Shown: positions 22,171-26,279 of the stretch, in pieces | Numbering within the stretch: position 1 is the stretch's first letter | Layout: every line of letters begins with the position of its first letter | From: Chiloscyllium plagiosum | Taxonomy: Eukaryota | NCBI RefSeq assembly: GCF_004010195.1 | Contig: NC_057718.1 | Coordinates: 5,719,807 to 5,746,085, forward strand | Direction of reading: 5' to 3' | DNA length: 26,279 nt | Made by a program: the position numbers and the translations under genes | The notes under the pieces: generated by a model | Seen by the model: the letters and a program-made list of their open reading frames with translations, nothing else | Database searches by the model: none | Told to the model about the DNA's origin: nothing

Positions 22171-22267
22171 TCTGAGGAAGGGCCACTCGAACTGAAACAT
22201 TAACCCTGATTTCTCTCTACAGATGGTGCCAGATCTGCTGAGCTTTTCCAGCAATTTCTGTCTTTTG
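22171..22267 (+). mobile_element. PLE-derived element beginning at a partly decayed hammerhead
   Basis: CTGAGGA-a-gggcc-actc-gaact-GAAA-catt. Flanks tgcaagctctga (22164) and tgcaagatctga (22268). Confidence 0.7.
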
Positions 22268-22462
22268 TGCAAGATCTGAAATTGTCTTTGTCTATACTTT
22301 TGGGATGTACTGTGCAGAATTAGCTGGAGAGTATTGCCTTTGGTATGTAAGAATCCTAGCTGTTATACTACAGATGAGCTCTGATAAACGTGTTCTCACT
22401 GCCAGGTACGCAGTTGTAATGAAATGTATTTTCCAAATTATTTATTTATAATATCATTGACT

Positions 22463-22466
<4 letters not shown>

Positions 22467-22496
<30 letters not shown>
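22467..22496. repeat. (AT)15 microsatellite
   Basis: Perfect AT run. Confidence 0.95.
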
Positions 22497-22498
<2 letters not shown>

Positions 22499-22699
22499 TG
22501 AACTTTTTTAGAATACTTTGCAAAGCAAAGGACACCCAACACAACAGCAACGATGTTACACTTAGAAAGAACAAGCAGCTAAGATGGAGACACCAAATCT
22601 GCAACCCTTTCAGAAGGAGCGAGTGACTCTTAAGTTGTGAGTGACAAAAGATACTGGATTTGAATATAGAGTTGGGAGCAGGAGCCTTTTGCACTTGAC

Positions 22700-22945
22700 A
22701 GAGATTTCTTCTCTCAGTGAGTTGTGAAATTATGCAATTCTTTACCACAGAAGATTGTTGAGGCTGGATGATTAAGTATATTCAAGGCTGAGTTCGGCAG
22801 ATTTCATTTCAGTGGGAAAATCAAGAGTAATGGGGAAAAGGCAAGAATGTGGAGCTGAGAATTGCTCGATTAGCCACAATCTCATTGAGTGGCAGAGCAA
22901 CTCAAGTGGCTCAATGGCTCACTTACACTCTTGTGGTTTTATGGT
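22700..22945 (+). mobile_element. Old CR1 3' tail
   Basis: atttcttctctcag...gttgtga...gttgaggctgg...attcaaggctgag, as at 8130-8330. Confidence 0.7.
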
Positions 22946-23057
22946 AAACGTCTTGTTTGCAAAACATTATTTATTTGTTATTTAATGAACCAAGATAGTT
23001 AGTTCTGGTACTGATCACTGCATTACAGAATCACAAAATTCTCCTGGTGCAGAAGAC

Positions 23058-23675
23058 AGCCAGACTACTAATTCCCCTCAGAATCCTAGTAGCACACAAA
23101 CCCACCAACACTCTCAAACCAAAACTAACAAACTTAAAATCCCAGTACAACTCATGGACAAAACCAACATCGTCTACAAAATTCCATTCAAGGACTGCCA
23201 CAAACACTACGTAGGACAAACAGGAAGAAAGTTAGCCATCAGGATACACGAAAACCAGCTAGCCACAAAAAGACACGACCCTCTCTAAAACCAGCTAGCC
23301 ACAAAAAGACACGACCCTCTCTCCCTCGTAGCCCTACAAATGGAAGAAAAACACCATTTCGACTGGGACAACACATCTATCCTGGGACAGGCTAAGCAAA
23401 GACATGCCAGAGAATTCCTAGAGGCCTGGCACTCCAACCACAACGCCATAAACAAACACATAGATCTAGATGCCATCTATCAACCCCTCAGAAAACAAAC
23501 AGGAAATTACATCACCACAAACCCCAGAAACTCTATCCAGGACAAACTTATAAATAGAATGCAGGAGACAACAGCTTCGCTTCACTTGGAGGTCACCACT
23601 GATAATGTTACCTAGCCAGGTAATGAAACGTCCGGACATCAAACCTACAGCTCAGCGAGCAAACCTACACCCTAT
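23058..23675 (+). mobile_element. Penelope-like retroelement 3' fragment: GIY-YIG endonuclease pseudo-ORF plus terminal hammerhead
   Basis: From 23154: MDKTNIVYKIPFKDCHKHYVGQTGRKLAIRIHENQLA...HHFDWDNTSILGQAKQRHAREFLEAWHSNHNAINKH (xVY-x-C-YVGxT-R...E...N pattern). Confidence 0.9.
23596..23635 (+). ncRNA. Hammerhead ribozyme motif of the Penelope fragment (G8 to A substitution)
   Basis: cca-CUGAUAA-u-GUUACCU-agcc-AGGUAAU-GAAAC-GUC-cgg. Confidence 0.7.
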
Positions 23676-25010
23676 AGCCATTTGGCCTGCATTGCTGTCT
23701 GAGCATTTGAAGTTGATATCAATCTCCTGGCTATTGCCTCTAACCCTGCAAATTGCATCTATTTATTTGATAATTTAAATAATCATCCAATGAATGCCAC
23801 AATTGCCCTGCTCCAACACTTCCAGGCCATGCATTCCATTACCTAACTACTCACTGTTTTATTTTTCCATCTCACATTTTCCTCTTTTGCAAAACACCTT
23901 AAAACTGTGCCCTCTGGTTCTCGATCTGTTCACAAACAAGAACGGTTTCTCCTTATATACTCTTTCCAGCCTCACCTCATGATTTTGAACACTTCTTTCA
24001 AAGGTCCTCTTAGCCTTCCCCTAATACAAGGAAAATAGTCCCAACTTCTCCAATCTCCCCTCTCAACTGAAGCGTCACAACCTTAGAACCATTCTCACAA
24101 ACAGCTTCTGCATTTTACCAGTGCAATCATCTTTTTCCTATAGCGTGGCAGCCAGAACTGTACACAGTACTCCAGGAGAAGTCTAACCAATGCTTTATAC
24201 ATGTGCATCATAACCTCCTGGTTCTTATAGTCTATCTCCTTATTTATGAAGGCAAGAATATTACATATGTATTCAGGTCTCTGTTCCAATACCCTTGTGA
24301 AAGAGAACTCTTTATAACGTCTGTCCATGTTCCTTATCTGAAACCTCACCCTCCTCCCCTCTGAACTCCATCTTCAACTTCACTCCCCACAAGTCATTGC
24401 CCTTTTGAAGTTCTAGCGTCTGCCTCAGTTTGTAATTCTCCAAAGTTTTGTGTAATCTGAAAACTTTGAAATTGTCCCTTGCACACTAAGATGTAGATCA
24501 TTTCTGTATATCAGAAAAAACAAGGATTCCAAAACCAACCCCTAAGGAAACTCCACTACAAATTTCCATCCAACCTGTAAATACCCAGCAACCAATTCCT
24601 CTCTGTTTCCTATCCCTCAGACAATTTTGTATGCATGGTGCTACTGTCCATCTTATTCCACGATCTATAACTTTCCTCGCAAGTCTGTTGTGCAAAACTG
24701 TACTGAACACCTTTTGGAAATCCATGTAAAGAACAATAACAGCCTTGCCGAACTTCAGCAGATTCATAAGACATCTCACGAAGGGCTTTGGCCTGGAACG
24801 TTGACTTTCCTGCTCCTCGGATGCTGTCTGACCGACTGTGCTTTTCCAGCTTCACATCTATTGACTCTGGTTTCCCGCATCCGCAGTCCTTACTGTCTCC
24901 CAGTTAACAAATCAATGCTGACTCTCTGAATCAACCCACATTTCATCATGTAATTATTAATTTGATCCTGAATAAATGTTCCCAGAAGTTACCCCACCAC
25001 TGAAGTTAAT
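23676..25010 (-). mobile_element. Old CR1 LINE, interrupted by a PLE-derived element at about 24778-24900 (+)
   Basis: Minus ORFs with YKALVRLLLEYCVQFW and YMDFQKVF. The insert gaagggctttggcctggaacgttgactttcctgctcctcggatgctg belongs to the 491-684 family. Confidence 0.8.
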
Positions 25011-25399
25011 TGCAGTCTTACACTGTGTATAGTTAGTAATATCACCTCCCTGTTTAAGATCAAGTCTTGTTGTGACCAGGTGTGGGACAAAGAAAAGAAT
25101 CAGTTTCCCCTTCAAATTGGATCATGGCACAGCACTTTTCACGAACCTCACTCACGGAGATGTTGTCCTGTCACCTGACATTGCAAATAGATCTCAGACA
25201 ATTCCACAATTGGACTGTTTGGTTTATGCGATTTGGGTAAATTGTCCAAGTCCCTCACCCATAAAGAAATGGTCGATCAGTATGAGGGTATCAAGGTTGC
25301 GAAGAGACTGTTTAGTCGCAGAAAACAAAAGAAAAAGTATGAAATGATTTTCACAAATCAAATCACACATTCACAGCTGCAGAAATAAAAGGAAATGCG

Positions 25400-25600
25400 C
25401 TTTTCTTCCGATTTAAAGCGAAGACGAAACTTTAAAAGTCTTGCCTTGAAAGGTTGGCAATTTCCTGGTCTTTCTCTTTCCTGATTGGCTGTGCCGAAAA
25501 TGAGGGCGGTGATTGGATGGTGCCGCAGCCAATCAGAAATTTGGTGACGAAATTCAAACTATCAGAGTGGCGGCGGCTAAATTTCAGCGCCAGTTCCAGC
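25400..25600 (+). promoter_or_regulatory. TATA-less cell-cycle-type promoter: NF-Y CCAAT boxes, Sp1 GC box, CHR-like and E2F-like sites
   Basis: ATTGG at 25484 and 25512, CCAAT at 25529, GGGCGG at 25504, TTCAAA (reverse CHR TTTGAA) at 25553, CTTGAA at 25445. CpG density rises from here to the window end, and the region is free of recognisable transposons. Confidence 0.75.
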
Positions 25601-25929
25601 AGAGCCCGGAACAGAGAGAGAGAAAGGGCTATCCAAATAGGGACAGGTAGAGACCGAGAGAGGGGAATCTTAAGAGGAGCAGAAAGAAAAGGGATCCAGG
25701 TACAGAGGGAGGGGAATTGCAATCCAGGAACACAGAGTGGGATTGGAAGAAAGAGAGAATCCAGCCCCAGGAACAGAGACAGAGGGAGATCCAGCCCAGA
25801 GAGAGAGAAAAAGCGGTTTCGACACTGGGGCAAATAGAGCGCGGGGAGAGGCAGTGGATCCAGCCCCAGGGACCGAGGAACAGAGAGAGAGACAGACAGA
25901 GCGGGATCCGGGCCGCGGAGACCTTGTGG
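25560..25929 (+). other. Probable non-coding first exon of the downstream gene (possibly FBXO5/Emi1); start approximate
   Basis: Follows the promoter motifs and ends at a consensus donor TGG|GTGAGT (GT at 25930-31). No ATG seen inside. Gene identity rests only on recalled human MTRF1L-FBXO5 adjacency. Confidence 0.55.
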
Positions 25930-26077
25930 GTGAGTAGCGGCCATTCACGTCTATTCCCCCACCCTTGGGTGCCAGGTTTTTCCCGGGGTTGGGGAGGTCT
26001 GCGGCCGGGACATCTCCCGGTGATCAGCCGGGGGGAGCAGCATGTTATCTCTGTGAAACCCTGGGGGTGGATGTGGG

Positions 26078-26263
26078 GATTTGGCGGGAGTTGGGGAATC
26101 TGGCGGGTCTCCGCTCGGGAGATCTGCGGGGATCTCCTCGATTTGGCGGGCCTCTGGGGTGGGGTGGTTTGGCGGATGAAGGGAATCTGGCGGGGGTAGG
26201 GGGGAATGTGCAGGGTTCTAGCGGGAAGGGTGGATCTAGCGGGGGACTGAAGGATCTGGCAGG
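26078..26263 (+). repeat. Nine dispersed copies of a GATYTGGCGGG-like motif
   Basis: Copies at 26078, 26097, 26121, 26140, 26166, 26184, 26215, 26233 and 26253. Confidence 0.75.
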
Positions 26264-26279
26264 TCTCTGGGGACCTACA

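Noticed and set aside
25432..26199. Long ORFs (127-170 aa; RS/RE-rich or PLS-rich) at the right end
   Set aside because: Low-complexity, purine-skewed sequence lacks stops by composition. The starts are mostly non-ATG or lie inside promoter motifs.

Overview
Vertebrate nuclear DNA, almost certainly from a shark (inferred from HE1-type SINEs, CR1/HER1-type LINEs and DeuSINE remnants). The + strand carries six coding exons, probably exons 2-7, of a mitochondrial class-1 release factor gene (MTRF1L; PKT and GGQ motifs, all GT-AG junctions phase-consistent; the first exon lies upstream of the window). The right end has a cell-cycle-type promoter (three CCAAT boxes, GC box, CHR-like and E2F-like sites) and a probable non-coding first exon of the next gene, possibly FBXO5/Emi1 by recalled human synteny. 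Most of the rest is nested retroelements. The most notable unannotated signal is a group of about ten short Penelope-like (PLE) derived insertions carrying minimal hammerhead-ribozyme cores (CUGANGA-N-stem II-GAAAC-GUH). Several are fold-back hairpins with 10-16 bp target-site duplications. A GIY-YIG Penelope 3' fragment with a covarying hammerhead is also present. PLE hammerheads are a known class; the shark families, their hairpin architecture and their strand pattern inside MTRF1L are what is worth testing. There is an assembly gap at 21068-21473. Family names are from recognition, not from database searches.
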